A DNA stretch of 33,574 nucleotides from Parasitella parasitica NRRL 2501 (Eukaryota; Fungi; Mucoromycota), in assembly GCA_025201805.1 (NCBI GenBank), contig MU619275.1:1-33574 (forward strand). Direction: 5' to 3'. This document shows positions 13,883 to 23,875 of this stretch, piece after piece. Position numbers and translations under genes: made by a program. The first letter of the stretch is position 1. The number at the start of each line of letters is the position of its first letter. A model generated the notes under the pieces. The model searched no databases. It had not been told where the DNA came from and saw nothing but the letters and a program-made list of their open reading frames with translations.

Positions 13883-15309
13883 ATGAGCATCCACAGTATA
13901 CCTGAAAATCATGATTTAATCAGTCATAGCAACAACCCGACAACATACCCAGACATTGTATACACTATCGAACCAGTCATCTTACATGTCACTTACTTCT
14001 TGCGCATGCTGCGATGGAAAAGCGGCTATACTGGTCAATCAACCACAGCACTGCTTGTATGGACTTTTGTCTGGTTTCATCCTTGCATCATTGTCTATTT
14101 AATACCTCTGTTTATCGCTATTTTTTTTTATCATGAATTTGCAACTGAGCCGCCCATCCTCACCAAAACTTCGACGCTGGTTCTCCACGATAGATTAACG
14201 GCCGAGTTGAAAGATATTCAGTACGAAATTTTGATGTTTATACCAAGTGCAGAAAGCAAAGATCAACTGAAGGGATATTGGCGATCTTTGTTTGTGCTCA
14301 CTACCCATCAGAAATTGCTTCGCTTTGCTTCCATGTACACAGTTTGGGTAATTTGCTTGAAGCTGCTACGTTACGATACAATCATTTGGATTTTTGGACT
14401 TCTGGTGTTAAGCTGGAATAGCTCTTTGTTCAGAGTCATTCGCTATTCATATCACAGGGCAGCATTCGTTTTTGGTTATGCCAATCGCACCAATGTTCCA
14501 CAACAAGCCATGACCCTTTCTAATCACCCAAACAGTGATACTAGCTATCATGAGCATTATAATCGCTGCTACCATTTTAGAGTGATTGAACATCAACGTT
14601 GGTGGCTTCATAGAGGATGGACGGCCCTCTTATTGCCAAACGAAAGGCCAGAATGGTAAATTTTATTATTTGTTTAGCCCTTTACATTCATCACATGTTG
14701 TATGCTCACAGCGTAGCACTTGTTTATCCCAATAGGTCTGATGAATACCTAGCTCAAGTGCCATCTATTCACAAATTCCATTTGCCTCCGCCCATCACTA
14801 AATTCAACCCAAAAACGCAAAAAATGACTACCATCACATGGCAATGGGAATCTCAAGAATGGCAAATTGATGACAATCGCAATGTAGACAAAGACGGTTT
14901 CGAGTACGGAAGCTTTGACTGGAAAAAATGGTGTTCAAAGTCTTCTGGATTGCGTGTGCTTACAAGACGCCGATTTTGGACCAGGAACGCTCGCCTCATT
15001 GTCCAAGAATCAGAACAGACATCCCGCCCTGCGCCTATCAACATCAAAAGATCTAGCTCTCATTCAACCGCGACTACTGTATCATTATCTACATCTTATT
15101 CTTCCGAGGATTCTACTTCATCTTATCTGTGTGCGACGCCTACAACATCATTGCTGACTCCAACGACAACAGGTTTCCTTCCTAAGTATCAAACAAAATC
15201 ATCGCCCACGAGTACTATCAGTTTGAATTACCATCAAACTGTGGAACATACAAACCCTTTCACTAACACTGCTTCCAATGTGGAAGCCCATTTCTGGCTA
15301 CGCCGTTGA
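13883..15309 (+). CDS. Pex23/Pex30-family peroxin (hydrophobic membrane segments plus dysferlin DysF domain)
   Basis: Hydrophobic segments followed by DysF motifs IEHQRWW..GW, WSDE, WQW..EWQID, DGFEYG..DW and TRRRFWTR. Intron 14656-14735 joins the two ORFs (TG|G). Confidence 0.85.
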
Positions 15310-15920
15310 AACATTCAATGTACCATCTTAACACTGTATTTTTTTCTTTTTTTTTTTTATGTTTATCTTGTATCATCTACTGTTGCTGTTTTCTTCGTAC
15401 AATTTACTCTTTATCATAATATTAATACCTATAACACTACTAGATACACTTTGCATCTCGTTTTCTTAATAAACGCATTTAATGAAATCCCTCATACACA
15501 AAAAAAAAAAAAATTTAATGAAATCCCCCCGTTCAATACATACTGTACAAACAAAACAAAGTGACCGAGAACAAATGATAACTTTTCATTTCCGATTACC
15601 AGTAGTCGTTGTACAAACATGGATCTTCTCAACAACACAACACAACACAAAATGTGAAAGTAAGAATGACGTTTTACAAGTATTTGAAGTGACAAAAATT
15701 GTTCTATATTGTACAATCGTTGAGACATAATGATTCTGATCTCACAATTACTGTTGCTATGGCAACGCACTCTTACACAGTTTTTAATAATTTGAATGAT
15801 TCTTAGTAGTCGACACCCAGTAGAGTAAGAAATCAACAAAAGGTGTAAAGCATATTAAAAAAAAAAAAGGCGACTGTCATAACAGCAAAACAATTTTTTT
15901 TTTTTTTTTTACGATTAAAT

Positions 15921-16066
15921 AGATGTAGGAATCACCAGCCCTCTATCATCCTAGTCAGGGACAAGATAACAAATAGGCGCTAAGACATTCGTACTCATTC
16001 TCAACCTGGGTTGACACTCAAAACCGACTCATTAAAAAGAGTTAGCGAGTAACACTACAAGTTTTT
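15921..16066 (-). ncRNA. Box H/ACA snoRNA, probable snR35/SNORA13 counterpart (guide for the 18S U corresponding to yeast m1acp3-Psi1191)
   Basis: Hairpin 1 has lower stem AACUUG/CAGGUU, pocket strands GUGUU (16055-16051) and GUCAA (16015-16011) and upper stem ACUC/GAGU. The pocket pairs with the conserved 18S sequence UUGAC-U-C-AACAC and lies 14 nt from an H-like box AGAAUG (16001-15996). Hairpin 2 is long and G-U-rich, and is followed by ACA-UCU (15926-15921). Confidence 0.8.
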
Positions 16067-16169
16067 AGGGGCGCTCGCCGCACAGAGAGCGCCCCGGTCC
16101 AAACCTTCATCCGCTTGACAACTTCAAGCAACAATCTCAATGCTCTAAACAAATTTACCGACTTGTGGT

Positions 16170-17810
16170 TTATTTAAATAGCAAACTTGATAGTCCACCT
16201 AGAGCTAACCCAACAACCAAAAAAAAACTAATAACACTACCTACCAAGGGTTTATCATCATGATTTACCTGACTAGGTGCCGCTATAAACACTAGACTAG
16301 TTAACCATCCATTGCTAATAGCAAACAAAAGAAGGAGTATCAGATACATTATGTCGCTATTCAAAAGGATGGGAGTGCCGTTGCTCTTCAAATTGCAACT
16401 GAAAAACAGGGGGATAAAGCATGTCCTCGCCAAGGAAATCAAGATCAATGCTTTGCTGGAATTTACCTGGCAACATGCAAAAATAGGTAATGTTCTGCCA
16501 ATCCAGTCACCAATATTGAATAAGAGGAAATGAAGTGATATAAACGTCACTGCATCAATCCCATTCACAGATCGAATAAGCACGGTGACTGATGGGAACA
16601 ATGCGAGTGTGATAATATAAATGTATACAATAACGAAAATATAAACAGCTGATTTTTGAGTAATGATGTCCCACATGGCACTCTTGTCCGTGCCTATGCT
16701 TGTGGTTGTGGTTGTGGTTGTGCATGCACGAATGGTATCATTAGTGGTAAAAGTCATTGGGATTGTATCAACTGCAGCATGACGAGTCAAGAGTTGGTAC
16801 GATGTTTGTTTAGATAGTGCAAAACGTCCAATTATTGCAATTAGGGTCACTAGCAGGGCAGATGCAAAATAATAGAATGTCGCTATTGCGCCTCGCTGCT
16901 CTTCGTTGAGCAATAAAGTTGTTGAGAGCGAAAATAAAGCAACAGAAACACCTGCAATGCCTGCGAAAAACCTATTTAGCATAGGTCGAGTGTGCTCTCT
17001 CATATAATAATACCTTGTCCACTACAATTTTTAGATCAGACCAATGTGAAAATTAAACTCATGTGTCCATGTCTAAATATACTTACCTCATGACAGCTTG
17101 CATATATTTCGATGACATTTGGCTTGTTTCTGCAAACACAGTTAACTGGATAATGCTAGTTGTCATTCCAGTAATAATCATACATGCTATAGTTGTCCAA
17201 AAATAAGATACGGCGGCTGATTCTGTAGGAACTCTCAACGAGGATATAGCAAAGAACAAGAAAATAACCAAATTAATAGACAATGGTATTACCAATCCAT
17301 TCTATATAGCTAATTTAGCTGCATTTCACAATAAAACATTGATTCGTACCATTTTTAGGCGTATCCACAGTAAGACAGCTAAAGATATCAGATTGGAGCA
17401 ATTGAAATAAGCTGAAAAATAGGTTTGAAAGTTTCCTTGATAATCAGAGCCTGCAAACCGAGTCGAGAAATAATCAGAAGCCGTGATGAACACTATATGT
17501 TGGTTAGGAGTGAAGTTTGACACTTAATTTTACTTAAAACGTTTACCATTCCATGGTAAAAGCATTGCAATACCATATGCAAAATATACCTACGCTGGTA
17601 AGGTCAATAAATATCTTATGAATCAAAGTTGAGAATATGTCTTACCCAGTAGTATATCAACAACGGATTCTGCTGTTTATAAGGTAGTTGAAAGCTTGTA
17701 TCCATATCTTGTCCCTCCTCTGGTTCAAATAATCTTTCACTTTGTGTTTCATCATTAGCTACTGTACATGTGTTAGAAAAAGACACGATTGATTTCCATT
17801 TTTTGAACAT
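16170..17810 (-). CDS. Equilibrative nucleoside transporter (ENT/SLC29, Fun26-like)
   Basis: ENT motifs GIAMLLPWNVFITA, AVMSGQGIAG, TLALFPSVT, FNIGDWIGR, FAISNGWL and GLALGG, with many TM helices. Multiple introns, including an 8-nt microexon at 17014-17021. Confidence 0.92.
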
Positions 17811-18339
17811 CGTGGACCAGAAAATGCAGCGTTCGTCCTCGTGTGTTTTGCTCCTAGTAGAGAAACCCAGTCTGTCATTACACGTGACGTATAAAACAAG
17901 ATATCCAGATGCTAACAAATGAATACTTACTTGAATACATGAACCATTCATCAATAGACAGATCCAGAATTACTTTGTTTGAAACCATCAGAATTAAGGC
18001 TACTACCTTGTACATACGTTATTTTAGACTTCGACTGGAAGTGCTGTTATTCGGTAAATTTCGTTAAAGCTTTTGTCAGCTTGTGCTAATTAAGCATTCA
18101 ATGGTACTTGAATCGATATTTATCATTTGATGAGACCATCAGATATAATTAGTAGATAATTAGCCTTTTTTGATACATGATTTACAAATTGATAAGCTGA
18201 GTGCACAAAGGCAGTTGTATTTTGCCCAGAAAACTACTATTTTGCATTTCGCTACCAAAAATCAGCTAAAAAGATCAATTAATCATTATTTTGAGACTAT
18301 ATGAGCGTGTCTCAATTATGCTTTAAACATCGTATAAGT

Positions 18340-18420
18340 ATATAGACGCAATCAAAGAGCCCTAACGAATCCTGAGCATCTAGCGTTAGCTGCGTGCTTA
18401 AAAGTCAAAGCTTGACGTAG
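18340..18420 (-). ncRNA. Candidate Fanzor omegaRNA scaffold / element right end
   Basis: Directly 3' of the Fanzor remnant: hairpin GTCAA-GCT-TTGAC and a nested stem ACGCAG.CTAACG...CGTTAG...TTGCGT, followed by a TATATA run. The position matches where TnpB/Fanzor omegaRNAs are encoded. Confidence 0.45.
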
Positions 18421-18425
18421 AGATT

Positions 18426-19800
18426 GTCACATTCCATTCAGACATTTTTGATTTGTGCATCTGGTAGAAAATATTCATTTTTTCGTAAAATAGAAGTTGA
18501 GATTTACTGTAAGGAGCCCACAACACTCGATTGTTGGATTTTTGGCTCGTCTAAATGGCCATGGATTTGGAACTTTAAAAGATTCTCCAGCTTCCCGCCT
18601 TTGCATTTGGGACGTATTGATGATTTTTTGTGTTCGTCCATCAAATAGATACAAAAACCCTGTTTTCTTAGCACCCACGAATCAATACGAGGGAAAGATA
18701 TGCGAAGGAACGACATTGTTGGCAGCCCAATCCCCCATGCCGGTAACAAGAGCTGAATTTTTCTCTTGACTTTTTGAAAGCCAGCCATCAGATTGCTTTC
18801 TGTTTAAAATTGCTCTGATAGCTCAAGCTTTCGAAATGAAAGGGTACTTTGGTCTTGACGTTGGTTATCTTCATTTGTGCAATAGTTGGATAATGGCTCA
18901 TTTGCTCTTGATCTTGCTTGTAAATACTCAGGAAATTTTGCGATATCAACTGTCGAGACTGGATAGTTGGATAGATGCGTTTCTCACTGCTTCAATTCGG
19001 ACTTCTTTAAACTGCTGCGACTTTCTAAACTTTTTTGACTTGATCTCCTTTGCTCCTTGATTAGTTGTGTAACGATACAAATTATCATCACCTTTAGCTG
19101 TGCTATTTTCGTGCATGCAGTACAGCATTTCTCTGCGTCCAGGATCAATAAACACAAATTAACCTGTGGTATTCTTGAGTTCTTCTGCTGACAATTTATG
19201 AATAGATGTGAATTCATCATCACTCTTTGCTAAGCTTCGTCCACCGGTTTTCCGTGCATTACCTTTACTTGTTTCTTGATTCTGCTTTATTACTGAGACG
19301 CCGACACCATCGGTTTAAATCATGTCTTGAAAATTGACTGATTTTACAGAGCTTTGAGCCATTAGAGCTTTGCATGAAGTATTTATAACCGAGCCCCAAA
19401 TAGAATCCTTGTTTAGCTTTGATCGTTGACTGTAAATATGATTGTTTACAACCATTGTATCGATTTTCATATAGCAGCGTATTAATATTTTTCTTGGTAG
19501 AAAGCACATAAATGACTTGGATCCTAATCGCTCGCATAATTCAGACAGTTTATAATATGCCTTTAAATATCCGAGAGGAATTGCTTTGCAATCGTGACAT
19601 ATGCTTTTTTTAAAAAATTGAAATTGCTCTTGTATGAGTGAAACTCCTTCTTTTAAAAGATATACAAGTATTACTTTATGGATATCACCAGAGGCCAGGG
19701 AAAATTTCAATTGACTGTGGGGCTGTGTTATTTCGTTATAAACAAGGTTGTTAATCACATCGTGTGATCTCTTTTCTTTCACAGAACTCTTGATGGCTAT
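18426..19800 (-). pseudogene. Decayed Fanzor1 (TnpB-like RuvC RNA-guided endonuclease) gene
   Basis: The fragmented minus-strand ORFs line up into the Fanzor motif order: MI*TDGVGVS (19314-19306 region), RuvC-I FIDPGRREMLYCMHE (DPG at 19146-19138), YRYT.NQ..KE.K..KFRK, RuvC-II YLMDEHKKSSIRPKC (DE at 18638-18633), VPNPWPFRR..P..ECCGLL and CTNQKC. It contains several stops and frameshifts. The RuvC-III NRD segment is missing. Confidence 0.85.
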
Positions 19801-20823
19801 TACGTTTAAAGGATTTATTTTTGATAATCTAAATCACGGATTAATAAGTAAAGGAAAGCAAGAGAAGGCCAACTACTATTACTTACCCTTACGTATATAA
19901 GTTGCAGATTGGTAGATAAAAAGAAGCATGTGAAATAAATAGTGAAGAAATGAGTATAAAAATATTTTTAAGCAACATTGGTTTTAACCAGAGTCTTGTA
20001 ATAAATAAGAGACTTTTTTTTTAATTATAAACTACATGATAAATGTATCAAAAATACACTTGATTTGTCACATCTGAGCACAAAAACTGTGCCTGGTAAC
20101 ATGTACTTATATCGTCGCAATTCTCACATATCATCCGCCATTTTCGAAGAGATGCTCCAACCAAACGGCTGTTATGATGTATCTAGAGTGGTTTGAAGAT
20201 GGCAGAGTACATACAGAAGTACCCTTCCATTTTTCTATCAAGTGCTTGATTCTCATCTTTTCTGAGGTCATCTTGGATTTGTAGTCAATGAATAATATAT
20301 GCGGGTTTAATCTACCCAATGACTTTCCACATTCAAAATTTAAAGTAGTTCTTCAAATAAAATTCGTCTAATAGGCTGCATAACAACAGCCTTTTTCTTT
20401 TTCCTTCTCGTCTTTTGGAAAAGTTTTTCTTTCATATAAAACTACGCGATCTGACTAGGGCAATGCAGCAGATGAAAAATGCTATGTGCTCACAGTCAAT
20501 TTAAGTAATAAAATTATTCTTTAACCGTATAACAACCATCCATTATTGCATAGCTTTTCAAACAATAAAGTCTACTGTGTGTATAGTATACCATTCGGAT
20601 ATCTCAACTCCTTTACCATTGAATCTAAAGCAGATAAATTTTTTTCTCGTCTATCTGGCTCTCCTAGAACCTGAACTGAAGATCATAAACTATTTCACTA
20701 CTGATATTATTTATTCGTAATTAAAAGGCTGTAACGTGGAAATATTTTCAAGGATTGTATAGTATTGTTGTATATAATTTGAATAAGAAATGGGTAAGAT
20801 AGGAAAAACATAGTAGCAGTAAA

Positions 20824-21319
20824 TTAATGAGAGCTTGCTGAAGAATGATGCAAATAATGCCTATTGTCCGATGTTATTGAACGTCCAGCGTCAAGAGAAT
20901 GATGAGATTCAGAGGGATGTTCATTGGCGGGTTGTTGTTGAGAACGCAGGTTATTGTTATTATCATTACTATTATTGTAGCCACTGAATCCGTAGGGAGA
21001 GTTATTTGTATGGGAGCCATTGAAACTGCTATATCGGCCGTCATGTAGAGTGTTATTAGGTTGTTGTAGTTGATGGTCTTTGTTGCTCCAATACGGTTTA
21101 CTTTCATTTGGATGATGATGTCCATATACGCTATTATTAGCATTGTTAGTATTACTGTCATAATAATTATCTTGACTACTATTAGGATTTGAAGCATATG
21201 GATGCATCATATAGCCGCTATCTTCACGATGATGACCTTCACCTTCTCTGCTAGAACCAACAGAAGGAGTAGTTATTACAGGTGCAAACCCACTCACAGG
21301 GTAAGTATAATTGGGTGAT

Positions 21320-21366
<47 letters not shown>

Positions 21367-22698
21367 TTGTTGATATGTAGAATAAGGGCTCCCAAAACAA
21401 GGGCTACCGCCATGAAAAGAGGGATTAATAGGAGCGTTACCTCCACTAAATTGGCGCTGGTGTTGTGGGGAAGGCATATAGTGATGTTCATCAGATACAC
21501 CTGGGCCATTTCCAGAACTGGTTGACACAGTACCAGAAGAGGAAGGAGGAGGCATAGGAGGATTTGTTGTACCACCAACGCCCTGACCAACTGAACCCAG
21601 TGAAGCAGTTGAAGGTGTACCAGCATCCACGCTTCTATAGCGTGTATGGGAGTCAGCATAATGCCCAGGACTTCTTCCGCGTACCACCAAAGGAGCAGAT
21701 GTACAAAAAGCCACCTTGAACCGTTTGCCTGTTGAGCTATTTGCATATAGATCGACAACAATTTCGTAATACTGTTGTGCGGCTCTTCGTTTACCATTAT
21801 TGGCAGTTGCAGTTTTAAATTGCATGCGTTCAAAAGTTACAATGTTATGATTGGAACCAACAGAAGCTAAATGTAGGCTTCCACCCGCACTCACTACTCT
21901 TGGTTCAGGTATCATTTGGGGCCCTTTGTCACGCTTGGGTGTGTGTTGGACTAATTCAATCTTTTTATCGCTATCAGACACTTGGGCACTGACGCCAATT
22001 GAAAAGAAGTCAACTTGGTGGATCTCTTGATTTTCAGTTCGTAATAGACAAGGTACTTCAGGCCCATGCATGGCATAGCTTATACCATGAATATCAAACG
22101 TCGCACTAAGTTGAAAGTAATTGCGACGATAGCAAGTCCAGTCTTGATCTGCTCGGAAAAATCCACGATCCATTTTCGCATGTAATTGAACTTGATACCT
22201 GAATATATAATGTTATTAAGTGAAATGAGACACAAGAAGATTAATGTTGTACAAGCTTTTTTTTTTACCCATTCGATTGATCAATATTCCATAAGTCCAA
22301 GATTTGCCTGGTTTGGTTGAATGAAGGTCCAGTTTCAAAAGAAAACATGGACGACTCAGTTCTATGTCGTCTTAATGATGCACTGCTGGGATAAGGATTG
22401 GAATGAAATGTTGTAGTAGTAAAACTGGCAGGTCGAGAAGGAAGTGGGGGTCTTCTTCTTATGAGGTCAGGCGTAGTGGACATCTTGTCAGGTGGTGGAC
22501 TAATCATATCAGGTCGAGGTGTACCTGGTTGAGATCCTGCCATAATACTGAAGTTCGAGAGCGGTTAATTCGTTGGCATTGCTACAATTTAATGAAAATT
22601 TACCTATGCATAGATGGTTGTGACGAAGATAGGCCCGGAAGTGCATTGGGTTGTTGATTATAGTCGCTATTATACGGATAGCTCGGTTGAAAAGACAT
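20824..22698 (-). CDS. NDT80/PhoG-like DNA-binding transcription factor, 3 exons
   Basis: MDRGFF..DQDWTCYRRNYFQ, ELVQHTPKRDKGPQ, FERMQFKTATANNGKRRAAQQYY and VVRGRSPGHY are NDT80-domain signatures. Two upstream introns join MSFQPSYPY...MHSIMAGSQ and SNGYQVQLHAKMDRG in frame. PolyQ/N-rich C-terminus. Confidence 0.93.
21319..21372 (-). repeat. Coding microsatellite, largely (CAACAG)n, encoding 18 Gln
   Basis: Direct reading of the ttg/ctg alternation on the plus strand. Confidence 0.95.
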
Positions 22699-22775
22699 AT
22701 AATTGCGTGGGGTATCGGGAGGAGAGGTCCATTTGTTGTTTTCTTGCATTTTTTGTAATTCTATATATACCAACA

Positions 22776-22823
22776 AAGGAGAAAGAGAGAGAGAGAGAGA
22801 GAAAGAGAGCGAGAGAGAGAAGA
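22776..22823. repeat. Imperfect (GA)n microsatellite upstream of the NDT80-like gene
   Basis: aggagaaagagagagagagagagaaagagagcgagagagagaaga. Confidence 0.85.
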
Positions 22824-23875
22824 AGCTTTTAGTATTTTTCGGTATGCTTTATAATCTTGAGTTCCATCTTATAAAAAGACGAAAAATATTTCGTACGACA
22901 TTATTATTCAATTGTCCAATACACGTGAGGTATAGAAAGGAAAGCCTTTTTGTTATACACATATAACAAAGGCGTCAATTTGATGAGATCAAAAAAAAAA
23001 GATCAAGGCTATGGATCTTGCCGTTTCAGCAGGGACTGATTGGCTCGAGCTTAATATAGTTTATATCATTTTTTTCTCATAGGTGTATATTTGATATCTG
23101 GCATAGTGATCGAGATGACTAAAATGAATTCTACATGCTTTCATTCATAACATTATGCACAAAAAGTAGACATCCGTTGCCAAATAAATAGTCCATGGCA
23201 ACAGCTGCTGATTATCGTTGCACAATATTTCTGTGTACATTTGCAGCGTAATGCCTTGCCCTGAAAATTAGATTCGTGCACAAAAAAAATACCATAGCAG
23301 TATATTTTCAGTTATCTATAGCATGCATTAAATCTAAGACACACATACTATAACAGAGACTATTCTATTTTAATCAAATATGAAATGCTTTGATATATGT
23401 ATGTGATGTATGCATATAGATATGCGCACAGAGAAAGCTACACGGCTATCATATTCTCTGTACCTACCATCCATGCTTTAAGGTTTTTATTACTTGCCAA
23501 CACAAAACACGTGTTGCCCAAAGATGTATATTAAAGTTATTCAGAAATCAACCGTGTTTGAAGTAAATGTACATTGTATATATGTATCATCATTCCAAAG
23601 GAATTAATAGCTTGTCTACGCTTAATAAATAACTAAAATGGGAAGTTTGACAGAAAATAAAAGGTAAATTAAGCCAAAATATGCAAGGGGTTTGCTAGGT
23701 CTTGATTATTACCTTAATATAAATTACAGTATGTGTAAATAGATAATAAACATACCACTGTCTACATATTAAATTATATGGATATATATGTATATATAAA
23801 TCATCATTGGTTTTTGTTATATAAGCAAGCTGGTTTTATTTTGTTAAATGTTATTATCAATTCATTATTAAAACC

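Noticed and set aside
15930-16030. TPP riboswitch in the ENT 3' UTR (UGAGA and CCUGA words present)
   Set aside because: The P2/P4/P5 pairings cannot be formed; the H/ACA model explains the region far better.
16058-16112. Sm-site snRNA (plus strand), SECIS or RNase P/MRP (minus strand)
   Set aside because: No U1/U2/U4/U5/U11/U12 5' motifs, no SECIS GA quartet with AA loop, and no matching P4 strands; G-U pairing favours the minus-strand snoRNA.
16163-16170. Telomerase RNA template for TTGTGG repeats (AACCACAA on minus)
   Set aside because: Only 8 nt, it overlaps the ENT stop region, no pseudoknot is evident, and the telomere repeat of this species is unknown.
19880-19900. Left terminal inverted repeat of the Fanzor element (ttacgtatata vs ttgcgtctatata)
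   Set aside because: The similarity is too short and AT-rich to call without other copies.
20131-20400. Short minus-strand ORF as the Fanzor N-terminus or a transposase
   Set aside because: No recognisable Fanzor or DDE motif, and it is separated from the remnant by AT-rich non-coding DNA.
20874-21833. Overlapping alternative-frame and antisense ORFs in the NDT80-like gene, and similar shadow ORFs in HAUS6, the zinc-finger gene, MTAP and the SAP gene
   Set aside because: These are by-products of low-complexity coding sequence with no recognisable motifs.
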